Positions 48,005 to 58,162 are shown, numbered from the stretch's first letter. The stretch: 64,000 nt of DNA from Desulfobulbaceae bacterium (GCA_024637145.1 JAGXFQ010000020.1:17352-81351), one strand, 5' to 3'. Program-made: numbers and translations. Notes: generated by a model not told the origin, from the letters alone.

Positions 48005-49708
48005 ATGGCTAAACGAATAGTCGTTGACCCCATTACCAGAATTGAAGGCCATTTACGCATCGAGTGCGAAATCGACAAGGGCCATGTCAGCAAGGCCTGG
48101 TCATCCGGCACCATGTGGCGCGGTATCGAGCTCATTCTCCAGGGCAAAGACCCACGGGAAGCCTGGCTCTATACCCAGCGCATCTGCGGGGTCTGCACCA
48201 CGGTGCATGCCATAGCCTCGGTGCGGGCCGTGGAGAACGCCCTGGGCCTTGAGGTGCCGATGAATGCCCAGCATATCCGCAACATCATCATCGCCGCCCA
48301 CGGCATCTTTGACCATATCGTCCACTTCTACCACCTCTCCGCCCTCGACTGGGTCGATATCGTCTCCGCCACCAAGGCCGACGCCAAGGCCACCGCCGCC
48401 CTGGCCGCTAAACTGTCGCCCTGGCCCAATAATTCGGCCCAGGAGTTCAAGAACGTTCAGGATCGCCTCAAGAAGTTTGTCGCCACCGGCCAGCTCGGTG
48501 TCTTTGCCAGTGGCTACTGGGGCCACCCGGCCATGAAGCTGACCCCGGAGGTCAATCTGCTGGCGACGGCCCATTATTTCCAGGCCCTTGACTACCAGCG
48601 CAAGATCAACAAGGTGGTGGCCATCCTGGGCAGCAAGACCCCCCACATCCAGAACCTGGCCGTCGGCGGTGTGGCCAACCCCATCAACCCGGACAGCCAG
48701 TCCACTCTGACCGTGGAGCGTCTCTACTACATCAAGACCCTGATCGACGAGGTTGGCGATTTTATCAAAAATGTCTATCAGATCGATGTCGCTGCCATCG
48801 GCGGGTTTTATGCCGACTGGACCGGCTACGGCGCCGGTGTGACCAACTACCTGTCGGTACCCGAATTCCCCCAGGATACCAAGGGGGAATCCTTTGCCCT
48901 GCCCGGCGGCTACATCCCCAACAAGGATCTTGGTGCCTTTCAGGCCATCAGCACCTTTAACGATTCCTATTTCAGCGACAACGTCAAGGAAAGCCATAAG
49001 CACGCCTATTATAAGGGCGACGCCAACCTCCATCCCTGGCAGGGTGAAACCGATCCAGACTTTACCGGCTTCCAGGACGACGGCAAATACTCTTGGGTCA
49101 AGGCCCCGACCTTCCAGGGCAAGCCGGCCCAGGTCGGCCCCCTGGCCAATGTCCTGGCCATGTATGTCGCCGGCCATAAGCCCACCATCGACTATACCAG
49201 CAAGGTCCTGGAGCTGGCCGGTTCCATTGCCGGCAGCAAGCTCGGCCTCGATGTCCTGCACTCTACCATCGGCCGCCATGCCGCCAGGGCCGTGCGCGCC
49301 GGCGTCCTCCACGACACCGTGGTCGCCGAGTGGGACGCCCTGATTGCCAATATCGACAGGGGTGACTATGCGACCTTCAACGAACCGGTCTTCCCCAAGG
49401 GCGAGATCCAGGGGGTCGGCTTCCACGAGGCCCCCCGGGGCGTGCTCTCCCATTGGGTGGTCATCGAAGACGGCAAGATCAAGAACTACCAGTGCGTGGT
49501 ACCGTCGACCTGGAATGCCGGGCCCCGCAACGACAAGGATGAACTAGGGCCCTATGAGGCCTCGCTGCTCGGCAATCCGGTGGCCGACCCGGAAAATCCC
49601 CTGGAAGTGCTGCGCACCATCCACTCCTTTGATCCCTGTCTGGCCTGCGCCATCCATCTCTTTGACCCCAAGCGCAACGAGCTCGTCAAGGTCCGTACCA
49701 ATGTCTGA
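48005..49708 (+). CDS. hybC: [NiFe] hydrogenase large subunit
   Basis: N-terminal PITRIEGHLRIE and the Ni-Fe ligand motif QRICGVCTTVH. The C-terminal DPCLACAIH is followed by a 16-aa extension (LFDPKRNELVKVRTNV) of the type removed by the maturation protease. All four ligands are Cys, so this is not a NiFeSe enzyme. Confidence 0.95.
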   Translation: MAKRIVVDPITRIEGHLRIECEIDKGHVSKAWSSGTMWRGIELILQGKDPREAWLYTQRICGVCTTVHAIASVRAVENALGLEVPMNAQHIRNIIIAAHGIFDHIVHFYHLSALDWVDIVSATKADAKATAALAAKLSPWPNNSAQEFKNVQDRLKKFVATGQLGVFASGYWGHPAMKLTPEVNLLATAHYFQALDYQRKINKVVAILGSKTPHIQNLAVGGVANPINPDSQSTLTVERLYYIKTLIDEVGDFIKNVYQIDVAAIGGFYADWTGYGAGVTNYLSVPEFPQDTKGESFALPGGYIPNKDLGAFQAISTFNDSYFSDNVKESHKHAYYKGDANLHPWQGETDPDFTGFQDDGKYSWVKAPTFQGKPAQVGPLANVLAMYVAGHKPTIDYTSKVLELAGSIAGSKLGLDVLHSTIGRHAARAVRAGVLHDTVVAEWDALIANIDRGDYATFNEPVFPKGEIQGVGFHEAPRGVLSHWVVIEDGKIKNYQCVVPSTWNAGPRNDKDELGPYEASLLGNPVADPENPLEVLRTIHSFDPCLACAIHLFDPKRNELVKVRTNV

Positions 49709-50204
49709 GCCGACTATTCTTGTGCTGGGGGTGGGCAATATCCTCCTCGGTGACGAGGGGGCCGGGGTCAAGGTGGTCGATCTCCTTGAGGAGCGCTACC
49801 GCTTCAGCGATCAGGTCGAGTTTGTTGACGGCGGCACCGCCGGACTCGAACTCCTCTCCTGCCTGGACGATAAGCAGCATGTCATCATTATTGACGCCAT
49901 CCTCGGTGCGGAACCGCCCGGCACCATCAAAAAGATGGTCCTGGACAATGCCCCCGCTTTTTTTCAGAACCGCATCTCCCCCCACCAGCTTGGCCTTGCC
50001 GAGATGCTGTCCTGCGCCGCCATGACCGACAGCCTTCCCGACCATATCAGCCTGTACGGCATCATCCCCGAATCCCTGGAGACCGGCCTGGAGCTCACCC
50101 AGACAGTGGCCGCAGCGGTGGAGAAAATCAGCCGCCAGGTCCTTGACGATCTCCAGATCCTGGGGGTCGAAATCGCCAAACGCCAGCAGAGAGTTTCGGC
50201 CTGA
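49701..50204 (+). CDS. hybD: Hydrogenase maturation endopeptidase (HybD/HyaD family)
   Basis: ILVLGVGNILLGDEGAGVKVVDLL..., with FVDGGTAG and IIIDAI motifs. ATG 49701 overlaps the large-subunit stop. Confidence 0.9.
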   Translation: MSEPTILVLGVGNILLGDEGAGVKVVDLLEERYRFSDQVEFVDGGTAGLELLSCLDDKQHVIIIDAILGAEPPGTIKKMVLDNAPAFFQNRISPHQLGLAEMLSCAAMTDSLPDHISLYGIIPESLETGLELTQTVAAAVEKISRQVLDDLQILGVEIAKRQQRVSA

Positions 50205-50289
50205 GCGCTTAAGAAGTTTGACCTTTCCCTGCCATTACAGGTAATCTGGTCCTCTGAGTATCCCCCTACAATTTAACACCTCATCCCCT

Positions 50290-50529
50290 ATGTGCCTGGC
50301 CGTTCCTGGAAAAATTATTGAGATCTTTGAAGAGGCCAGCCTGAAGATGGGTCGTCTCGACTATGGCGGCACCATCAACAAGGCCTGCCTGGAGTATATT
50401 CCCGAGGCCAAGGTTGGCCTCTATGCCCTGGTTCACGCCGGCTTTGCCATTTCACTGCTCGACGAGGAAGAGGCCCAAAAATCCCTGGCTGCCTGGCAGG
50501 AGCTCGAGGAAAAGATGGGGGCCCGGTGA
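50290..50529 (+). CDS. hypC: Hydrogenase maturation chaperone HypC, copy 2
   Basis: MCLAVPGKIIEI... 79 aa. Its stop overlaps the hypD GTG start (GTGA). Confidence 0.9.
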   Translation: MCLAVPGKIIEIFEEASLKMGRLDYGGTINKACLEYIPEAKVGLYALVHAGFAISLLDEEEAQKSLAAWQELEEKMGAR

Positions 50530-51617
50530 AATATCTCACTGAATTCCGCGACCCGGCCCCAGCCAAGGCCCTGCTGACCGGAATCCACAGCACCGTGACC
50601 AGGCCCTGGACCCTGATGGAGGTCTGCGGCGGCCAGACCCATGCCATTGTCAGAAGCGGCCTAGACCAGCTTCTGCCTGCCTCCCTCCACCTGGTCCATG
50701 GCCCGGGCTGCCCGGTGTGCGTCACCCCCATTTCCTTTATTGATAAGGCCATCAACCTGGCCGGCCGGCCGGAGATTATTCTCACCACCTTCGGCGATAT
50801 GATGCGGGTGCCGGGCAGTGCCGGCAACCTCCTTGATGCCAAGGGCCAGGGGGCGGATGTCCGCATGGTCTATTCGGTGCTGGAGGCCGTCAGTCTGGCC
50901 CAGGACAATCCCCAGCAGCAGATCGTCTTTTTCGGGGTCGGCTTTGAGACCACGGCACCGGGTAACGCCATGGCCATCCTCCAGGCCCAGAGGCTCGGCC
51001 TGGAGAACTTCACCATCCTGGCCTGCCACGTCCTGGTGCCGCCGGCCCTGCGGGCCCTGCTCGACAACCCGGCAAACAAGGTAGACGGCTATCTGGCCGC
51101 GGGCCATGTCTGCACGGTGATGGGCCTTGCGGAGTATCAAGACATTGTTGATCACTATAAGGTGCCCATCATTGCCACCGGCCTCGAGCCGGTGGATATC
51201 CTGGCCGGCATCCTGGCCGCCGTCAACCAGCTTGAGAGGGGAGAGTCGCGCCTGGAAAACGAGTATAAACGCTCGGTAACCGCCACCGGCAACCTTCAGG
51301 CCCGAGAAACCATTGACCAGGTCTTTCGGCGCTGCGACCGGACCTGGCGCGGCATCGGTCTCCTGCCCCGGAGCGGCCTGGCCATCCGGCCACAGTTTGC
51401 CGCCTTTGATGCCGAGCAGAAATTCCAGCCCCGGGCCGCCCCAGAGACCGACAACGGCTGCCTGGCCGGCCAGGTTCTTCAAGGGCTGCTTAAACCACCA
51501 GACTGTCCCTTTTTCGGCACGCGCTGCAAACCGGAACACCCCTTCGGCGCCCCCATGGTTTCCGGCGAAGGGGCCTGTGCCGCCTATTACAGGTATCAGG
51601 GACTAAGGTCCGGTTGA
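50526..51617 (+). CDS. hypD: Hydrogenase maturation protein HypD
   Basis: EVCGGQTHAIV, HGPGCPVCVTP, FFGVGFETTAP and GEGACAAYY motifs. Confidence 0.95.
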   Translation: MKYLTEFRDPAPAKALLTGIHSTVTRPWTLMEVCGGQTHAIVRSGLDQLLPASLHLVHGPGCPVCVTPISFIDKAINLAGRPEIILTTFGDMMRVPGSAGNLLDAKGQGADVRMVYSVLEAVSLAQDNPQQQIVFFGVGFETTAPGNAMAILQAQRLGLENFTILACHVLVPPALRALLDNPANKVDGYLAAGHVCTVMGLAEYQDIVDHYKVPIIATGLEPVDILAGILAAVNQLERGESRLENEYKRSVTATGNLQARETIDQVFRRCDRTWRGIGLLPRSGLAIRPQFAAFDAEQKFQPRAAPETDNGCLAGQVLQGLLKPPDCPFFGTRCKPEHPFGAPMVSGEGACAAYYRYQGLRSG

Positions 51618-51792
51618 ATGACGCATGTCGCATTTTGAAGTGTCAACGGCAACGTTATTGCCGCCGGCGCGAAAATGACTCCAAAAAAGATCGCGAGGAT
51701 GGCAGCAACCTCCTCAGCAGATTATGGCTCAACTTCTGCGGTTTAAAATTCCTTATTCAACATTCGTCATTCACCACCGTGGTTCAGACAAA

Positions 51793-52836
51793 ATGAAAAA
51801 TGAGATAAAAGACTTCCCTGACGCCCTGGCAAAAGAGGCCATCACCCTGGCCCACGGCAGCGGCGGCAAATTTTCCGCTGAACTCATAGAGCGCTGCATG
51901 CTGCCCCGCTTTGGCAACGAACACCTTAACCGCCTGGAAGATCAGGCTATTTTGGCCATGGGCAGCGGCCGAATCGCTTTTTCCACCGACTCCTATGTGG
52001 TCTCCCCCCTCTTCTTCCCGGGCGGCGACATCGGCGAGCTGGCCGTCAACGGCACGGTGAATGACGTGGCCATGGCCGGGGCCAGGCCCCTCTATCTGAG
52101 CCTGGCCCTTATCCTGGAAGAGGGTCTGCCCTTTGCCGATCTGGAGCGGATCCTTGACTCCATCAAAAGGGCGGCCGACGAGGCCGGGGTGGTCATTGTC
52201 ACCGGCGACACCAAGGTGGTGGAACGAGGAAGCTGCGACAAAATCTTCATCAACACCAGCGGCATCGGCATCGTGGCCGACCATGTCCGCCTGGGGGCCG
52301 ATCAGATCCAGGCGGGTGACAAGATCATCATCTCCGGCACCCTGGCTGATCACGGCATGACCATTCTTACCGCCCGCCACCAGCTCTCCCTTGAAAATGC
52401 AGTACAGAGCGACACCGCGCCCCTGGCCGATCTGGTCCAGACCATGCTGGCGGCGGCCCCCAACCTCCATGCCCTGCGTGACCCCACCCGGGGGGGCGTG
52501 GCCATGACCTTGAATGAATTTGCCCAGCAGACCGGGCTCGGCTTCAACTTGAGGGAAGAGGCCCTACCCGTTAATAATGCCGTGCGCTGCGTCTGTGAGA
52601 TTCTGGGGATTGATCCCCTCTATGTGGCCAATGAGGGCAAACTGATCGGGGTGGTCAGCCCGGATGAGGCGGACAGCCTGCTTGCTGCCATGCAGGGCCA
52701 CCCGCGGGGCGAGAAGGCGGCGATCATCGGCACGGTGGGCAAAGAAAATCCCGGCCTGGTCACCCTGACCACCACCCTGGGGGCCAGCCGGGTGGTGGAT
52801 ATGCCGGTGGCCGAACAGCTGCCGCGCATCTGCTGA
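51793..52836 (+). CDS. hypE: Hydrogenase maturation protein HypE
   Basis: LAHGSGGK, AIR-synthase-like fold motifs, and the diagnostic C-terminal PRIC. ATG 51793 chosen; the ORF-track start at 51724 adds non-homologous residues. Confidence 0.93.
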   Translation: MKNEIKDFPDALAKEAITLAHGSGGKFSAELIERCMLPRFGNEHLNRLEDQAILAMGSGRIAFSTDSYVVSPLFFPGGDIGELAVNGTVNDVAMAGARPLYLSLALILEEGLPFADLERILDSIKRAADEAGVVIVTGDTKVVERGSCDKIFINTSGIGIVADHVRLGADQIQAGDKIIISGTLADHGMTILTARHQLSLENAVQSDTAPLADLVQTMLAAAPNLHALRDPTRGGVAMTLNEFAQQTGLGFNLREEALPVNNAVRCVCEILGIDPLYVANEGKLIGVVSPDEADSLLAAMQGHPRGEKAAIIGTVGKENPGLVTLTTTLGASRVVDMPVAEQLPRIC

Positions 52837-52844
52837 AATAAAAG

Positions 52845-53216
52845 CTACTGCAGGGCAGCCAGCGAGCGCAGCAAAACCGCCAGCGCCCCTGCCAGCTCAT
52901 GGAGCAGCCCCTTTATCTCCTTGCCACCTTTTCCCTGGGCAATGGCCTTCTCCACGGCCAGACAGGCCTGAGGCACGGCAGTGGCACCAATACTGGCAGA
53001 GGCCCCTTTCAAGGTATGGGCCGCCATACGGAGGCCCTGTAGATCGCCCTTGCTGAGCAATGCCGCCATTTCCGCGGCCTTCGCCCTGTTCTTTATGGCG
53101 AATTTAAGGAGAATAGGTCGCAACATCTCTGCGGAAATGCCTGTCCGCTCCATGGTTTCGGCAAGATCGATTCCTGGTAATTGTGGTGGCAGCGCCTGGT
53201 CTTCAGATATCTTCAT
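52845..53216 (-). CDS. Stand-alone histidine phosphotransfer (Hpt) domain protein
   Basis: Hpt signature around the phospho-His (LRMAAHTLKGASASIGA) in a roughly 120-aa helical protein. ATG 53216 is 1 nt after the helicase stop, with an SD GGAGG at 53226-53230. Confidence 0.8.
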   Translation of the reverse strand: MKISEDQALPPQLPGIDLAETMERTGISAEMLRPILLKFAIKNRAKAAEMAALLSKGDLQGLRMAAHTLKGASASIGATAVPQACLAVEKAIAQGKGGKEIKGLLHELAGALAVLLRSLAALQ

Positions 53217-53217
53217 C

Positions 53218-56160
53218 TTAACCAACCTCCGGCCCCCTGCCGGGAAGGGCCAGGGTCAACGGGCAGCGCACGGTGTGGCCCGCCTTGTTTTGAAAAAGAA
53301 GATAGTTGTTGTTAAGGGCAAAGAGGAAGAGATCACGGGTGATCTCCACATCCTGGCGGCAATAGGTGATGATCTTGTCGATCCTCCCCTCCTTATACCA
53401 TTTGAGGGCCTGGAGACCGTCAGCGCTTTTTTGATGGCCCAGGGTCATGGTGGCCAAACGGTCCAGACTGAGGCGATAGCCCAGACGGCCCTTGACCTCT
53501 TCCAGGAGATCGATGGTGGGCAGGAGATGGAGCCTGGCATTGCCATAGGCTGACAAGACCATATTATCAAAGCGTTTATTGTTGAATCCCACCACCAGGT
53601 CCCGGCCACAAAGATAGTCGAGAAGCTCCACCATTTCCCCCTCCCGGAAGATCAGGAAATCATCAAGCTCGCCGTCATAGACCACGGCCACCGATACCCC
53701 CATGCGCTCAGCCCGATGCCAGCCCCCCACCTCGGCAGCGGAACGCTGGGTCTCCACATCAAACACCGCCCACTTGCGGGGCAGAAGAGGAGGCACCGCC
53801 GGGGACTCCTGGGTGGCGGACATTGCCCGGCTCTCCTTCTTCTGCACCTCCAGGCGCGGCTGGTCACCGGCCAGCAGGTCTTCCAGGACAAGACGGGCCG
53901 CCTCCTTGTCAATGGGCCGGTTGCCGGAGCCGCATTTGGGCGAGTGGACACAGGAGGGGCAGCCCGTTTCGCAGGGACAGGAGTCGATGGCTGTATGGGC
54001 GGCCATAAGCAGCTCGTCAAGGCGGCCAAACGCCTCCCGACAGAGACCGATGCCGCCGGGGCAGCCGTCATAGATGAAGATGGCGGATCCCTGCAGCTGG
54101 GGGTGGAAGGGATAAGAGATGCCGCCGATATCATTGCGATCACAGAGCACCATAAGGGGAAAGACGCCGATCACGGCATGCTCCACGGCATGGATGCCCC
54201 CCATGAAATGGACCTTCTGCGCCTGCAGGCGGGCCTCAAGGGCACTGGGGATCTCAAACCAGAGGCCATGGGTCTCAAAGACCTGGGGCGGCAGATCCAG
54301 GCTCTGGGTACTGAAGGTCTTCTGACCGCGGATGAGCTTGCGCTGAAAACCGGTGACCTGATCCGTGACCTTGAGCCGGCCGAAGCAGGCCTTGATATTG
54401 CGCACCTGTATCTCAGAAAAAACCTCCAGGATCTCGGTCTCTTTGGTGGCCAGGGCCCGGGTGAAATAATGGGCATCCTTGCGCCGCACCAGGACCTGGC
54501 TGCCTTCCAGATCAAGCTCCACCACCTCCCAGGTCTGGCCGTGATGGAGATAGAGGGCGCCGGGATGGCATTCCTTGCAGCAGCGGCCCGCATCAATATC
54601 GCCCAGCCGCTGGTTATCATCCATCTTCCTGATCACCAGGGGCTGGCCGCTGCCCCGTAGTTCCACCTGGCGGTGGGGATATTTCCGGACCGTGAAATAT
54701 CGTTTGCCGTTTTTCGCCTGCAGGAGCTGGCCCGTGGCGCAGAGTGACGCCACGGCCTTGTGCACCGCCGGGCTGGCCAGCAGGGGTTCATCCCTGTGCA
54801 GGGGCGACTCGGCGGCGGCGCAGAGCAGGTGGCGGGCGGAGATCTCCTCATTGTCCGGATTAAGAACTGCCGATTCCACCTTTCTCTGAAAAAACTGCTC
54901 GGGGTTCTTGAGGAAATAGTGGTCCAGGGCGTCTTCCTGGCCCACCATGATAATCAGGCTTTCCTGCTGCCGTCTGCCCACCCGGCCGCCGCGCTGCCAG
55001 GTGGACATGATGGAGCCTGGATAGCCCACCATGATGCAAATATCCAGGGAGCCGATATCAATGCCCAGCTCCAGGGCCGAGGTGGTCACCACCCCGTAGA
55101 GCTCGCCGCTGGCCAGCTGCTGCTCGATCTGCCGGCGCTCCTCCGGCAGAAAACCGGCCCGATAGGCGGTGAGCTTCTCCTGCAGCTCCCCCAGCCTCTG
55201 GCCGGTCCACAGGGCAACCAGCTCGGTGATCTTGCGCGACTGGGTATAGACGATGGTGCGCAGGCCCCGCTTTAAGGCCGCCTCCAGCAGCTGACTGGCA
55301 GCATGAGCTGCCCCGTCCCAGGGATCAAAAAAAAGGAAATGGCTCGGGGCCCGGGGGGCGCCGCTTGTGGTCACCACCTGCGGGGGGCGACCGATGAGGT
55401 GCTCACCCAGCTCGGCCGGATTGCCGATGGTGGCCGAAAAGAGCAGAAACTGCGGATTGCTGCCGTAGAGGGCGCAGATGCGGCGCAGGCGCCGGAGCAC
55501 CCAGGCCATGTGGGAGCCGAAGACGCCGCGATAGGAGTGGACCTCGTCAATGACCACATGGGTCAGATTGCTGAAAAATTCGGCCCACTTCTCATGGTAG
55601 CCCAGGAAGGAGAGATGGAGCATCTCCGGGTTGGAGATGATGATGTTGGCCGGATTTTCGCGCAGCTTCTTGCGCCGATAGCTTGAGGTATCGCCATCGC
55701 ACACCGCAGCCGTAAAACTTCTGCCAACCGGCAGCTGGGGGGCCATGGCTTCCAGGCGCCGGAGCTGGTCCTGGGCCAGGGCCTTTAAGGGGAAGAGATA
55801 AAGGGCCCGGCTAGCCGGCTCTGCCATGATCTTTTCCAGCACCGGCATGGTATAGATCAGGCTCTTACCGCTGGCCGTGGGGGTGGCCACCAGGAGATCC
55901 TCGCCCTGGCGGATAAGGTCCATGGCCCGGGCCTGATGGCTGTAGAGCCGCTCCGCCCCTTCCCGGGCCATGATCCGGCGCAGCTCAGCAGGCAGGGGCC
56001 GGGCCAGTTCGGCATAGCACGCCTCCTGGCCGGCCAGAAACTCGTGGTGGACCACCTGGGGCCCGAAACGGCTGGAGCCCTTGAGGGCGGCCAGATATTC
56101 GACGACATTTTGGGGGCTGACTGAAGGCATCTCCACCTGAGCATCTGAGAGGAAGGACAA
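53218..56160 (-). CDS. MrfA/YprA-like DExH helicase with DUF1998 zinc cluster, fused to a C-terminal DEDD-type (RNase-H-fold, MrfB/YprB-like) exonuclease
   Basis: Helicase motifs: LYSHQ, ATPTASGKSLIY, VVIDEVHSYRG, FSAT, WQRGGRVGRR. DUF1998 Cys cluster: CPCETGCPSCVHSPKCG. The last roughly 185 aa carry the exonuclease motifs FDVET, VGFNNKRFDN and YCRQDVEITRD. The start is TTG 56160 or ATG 56130. Confidence 0.9.
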   Translation of the reverse strand: MSFLSDAQVEMPSVSPQNVVEYLAALKGSSRFGPQVVHHEFLAGQEACYAELARPLPAELRRIMAREGAERLYSHQARAMDLIRQGEDLLVATPTASGKSLIYTMPVLEKIMAEPASRALYLFPLKALAQDQLRRLEAMAPQLPVGRSFTAAVCDGDTSSYRRKKLRENPANIIISNPEMLHLSFLGYHEKWAEFFSNLTHVVIDEVHSYRGVFGSHMAWVLRRLRRICALYGSNPQFLLFSATIGNPAELGEHLIGRPPQVVTTSGAPRAPSHFLFFDPWDGAAHAASQLLEAALKRGLRTIVYTQSRKITELVALWTGQRLGELQEKLTAYRAGFLPEERRQIEQQLASGELYGVVTTSALELGIDIGSLDICIMVGYPGSIMSTWQRGGRVGRRQQESLIIMVGQEDALDHYFLKNPEQFFQRKVESAVLNPDNEEISARHLLCAAAESPLHRDEPLLASPAVHKAVASLCATGQLLQAKNGKRYFTVRKYPHRQVELRGSGQPLVIRKMDDNQRLGDIDAGRCCKECHPGALYLHHGQTWEVVELDLEGSQVLVRRKDAHYFTRALATKETEILEVFSEIQVRNIKACFGRLKVTDQVTGFQRKLIRGQKTFSTQSLDLPPQVFETHGLWFEIPSALEARLQAQKVHFMGGIHAVEHAVIGVFPLMVLCDRNDIGGISYPFHPQLQGSAIFIYDGCPGGIGLCREAFGRLDELLMAAHTAIDSCPCETGCPSCVHSPKCGSGNRPIDKEAARLVLEDLLAGDQPRLEVQKKESRAMSATQESPAVPPLLPRKWAVFDVETQRSAAEVGGWHRAERMGVSVAVVYDGELDDFLIFREGEMVELLDYLCGRDLVVGFNNKRFDNMVLSAYGNARLHLLPTIDLLEEVKGRLGYRLSLDRLATMTLGHQKSADGLQALKWYKEGRIDKIITYCRQDVEITRDLFLFALNNNYLLFQNKAGHTVRCPLTLALPGRGPEVG

Positions 56161-56503
56161 ACTAGCTCTTTACCACATCCCTCATGGGGAGCATAGATGG
56201 TGCGCAGCCAAAAAAAGCGGCTCTTTTTTCCCCTGGCCCGGCAAGGTTATAGCCCTGATCCATAAAAAGATGAACAATAGCACCGTGTTCAGCTCCTCGG
56301 CAGCTGGCCCGCCTTGCCAAAGGTGGCAGCAAAATAAAATTTTGCTCAAAAAGACAAAAAAAGAGCAAGCGGCCGTCTGCCTTGGCAGTGGCCCCTCTTG
56401 AGATAAGGAGAACAGGTTTTTTTCCAGGCCATATCAGGTATGATAGATCATGACAGATGCCCCAACCAGATTGCCGCCAACAACCTCAAGCCCCCACAAG
56501 ACC

Positions 56504-58162
56504 ATGAAAGCAGCTGAACTCTTTGTCAAATGCCTGGAAAATGAGGGCGTGGAATATATCTTCGGAGTGCCCGGGGAGGAAAATGCCCATTTCATGATAG
56601 CCCTGGAGGATTCGCCCATCACCTTTGTGATGTGTCGCCACGAGCAGGGTGCGGCCTTTATCGCCGATGCCTACGGCCGCCTCACCGGTCGACCCGGGGT
56701 CTGCCTGGGCACCCTGGGCCCCGGCGCCACCAATCTGGTGACGGGGGTGGCCGATGCCAATATGGACAGGGTGCCGCTCATCGTCCTCACCGGCCAGGCC
56801 GACAGCCGCCGCCAGCACAAGGAGAGCCATCAGAACATGGATGTGGTGGCCATGTTCACCCCCATCACCAAATGGGCCAAGGCCATTATCCATTCCGCAA
56901 ATATTCCGGAGGTGGTGCGCAAGGCCTTTAAACTGGCCATCATGGAAAAACCAGGGGCCTGCCATATTGAACTGGCCGACGATATCGCCGCCTTTGAGAC
57001 CAGCGGTATGCCCCTGCCCCTTGAAAACCCGCAGCGGCCGGTACCGGCCGCCAACCTCATTGATGAGGCGGTGGCGATGATCAAGGCCGCCAAAAAACCA
57101 GTGATCCTGGCCGGCAACGGCACCATCCGCCTGCGGGCCTCTGAGGCCCTGCGCCTCTTCACCGAACTAACCCACATCCCGGTGACCAACACCTTCATGG
57201 GCAAGGGCGCGGTGAGCCGCCACTCCGAGCATTGCCTCTTCACCATCGGCCTGCAGTCCCAGGACCACATCCTCTGCAGCCTGCAGCAGGCCGATCTGGT
57301 CATCACCCTGGGCTACGACACCGTGGAATACGCCCCCCATCTCTGGAGCCGCCATTTCAGTGACAAGGAAGGTCGGAAGATTATCCACATTGACAGCCTG
57401 CCGGCCGAATCCGATGCCTATTACCAGGTGGATCTGGAGATCATCGGCGATGTGGCCCAGACCCTGGTCATGCTGAACCGGGAATTCAGAGGATATATCC
57501 CCCAGATCAACAGGGAGTATAGCCGCACCATCCGCAGCCGCCAGCTGGAAGACTTCATGACCCACAAGGATGATGACACCAGGGGTACCATCCGGCCCCA
57601 GAAGATCCTCTGGGACGTGCGCCAGGTCATGGGCCAGGCGGACATCCTCCTGTCTGATGTGGGGGCCCACAAGATGTGGATTGCCCGCTACTACCAGTGT
57701 GACGAACCCAACACCTGCCTCATCTCCAACGGTTTCTGCTCCATGGGCTTTGCCCTGCCCGCTGCCATTGGCGCCAAGATCGTCCACCCCGAGCGCAAGG
57801 TGCTGGCCATCTGCGGGGATGGCGGTTTTCTGATGAATGTCCAGGAACTGGAGACGGCGCGGCGCATCGGCGCCAATATCGTGGTGATGATCTGGGATGA
57901 CCAGGGCTACGGCCTCATTGAGTGGAAGCAGCAGAACACCTTTGGCCGCCACACGGATCTCAAGTTCGGCAATCCCGACTTTATCAAGCTGGCCGAGGCC
58001 TTTGGCTGCAAGGGCATGCGGGTGGAAAACAGCATTGACCTCCAGGGTGCCCTGCACGAGGCCTTTCAACAGGAGGTGCCGGTGCTGCTCTCGGTGGCCG
58101 TGGATTACCGGGAGAACCTCAAACTCACCCAGCGCCTGGGCAATATCGCCTGCCCCATCTAG
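56504..58162 (+). CDS. Thiamine-diphosphate enzyme, acetolactate synthase (AlsS/IlvB large subunit)-like
   Basis: N-terminal TPP-Pyr domain (AELFVKCLENEGVEYIFGVPGEEN), a central domain, and the C-terminal TPP-binding motif ICGDGGFLMNVQELETA. No small-subunit gene lies adjacent. Confidence 0.88.
   Translation: MKAAELFVKCLENEGVEYIFGVPGEENAHFMIALEDSPITFVMCRHEQGAAFIADAYGRLTGRPGVCLGTLGPGATNLVTGVADANMDRVPLIVLTGQADSRRQHKESHQNMDVVAMFTPITKWAKAIIHSANIPEVVRKAFKLAIMEKPGACHIELADDIAAFETSGMPLPLENPQRPVPAANLIDEAVAMIKAAKKPVILAGNGTIRLRASEALRLFTELTHIPVTNTFMGKGAVSRHSEHCLFTIGLQSQDHILCSLQQADLVITLGYDTVEYAPHLWSRHFSDKEGRKIIHIDSLPAESDAYYQVDLEIIGDVAQTLVMLNREFRGYIPQINREYSRTIRSRQLEDFMTHKDDDTRGTIRPQKILWDVRQVMGQADILLSDVGAHKMWIARYYQCDEPNTCLISNGFCSMGFALPAAIGAKIVHPERKVLAICGDGGFLMNVQELETARRIGANIVVMIWDDQGYGLIEWKQQNTFGRHTDLKFGNPDFIKLAEAFGCKGMRVENSIDLQGALHEAFQQEVPVLLSVAVDYRENLKLTQRLGNIACPI

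Noticed and set aside
49650-49708. Possibility that the hydrogenase is a [NiFeSe] enzyme, given Sec usage elsewhere in the window.
   Set aside because: The C-terminal ligand motif reads DPCLACAIH with ordinary Cys codons and no in-frame TGA.
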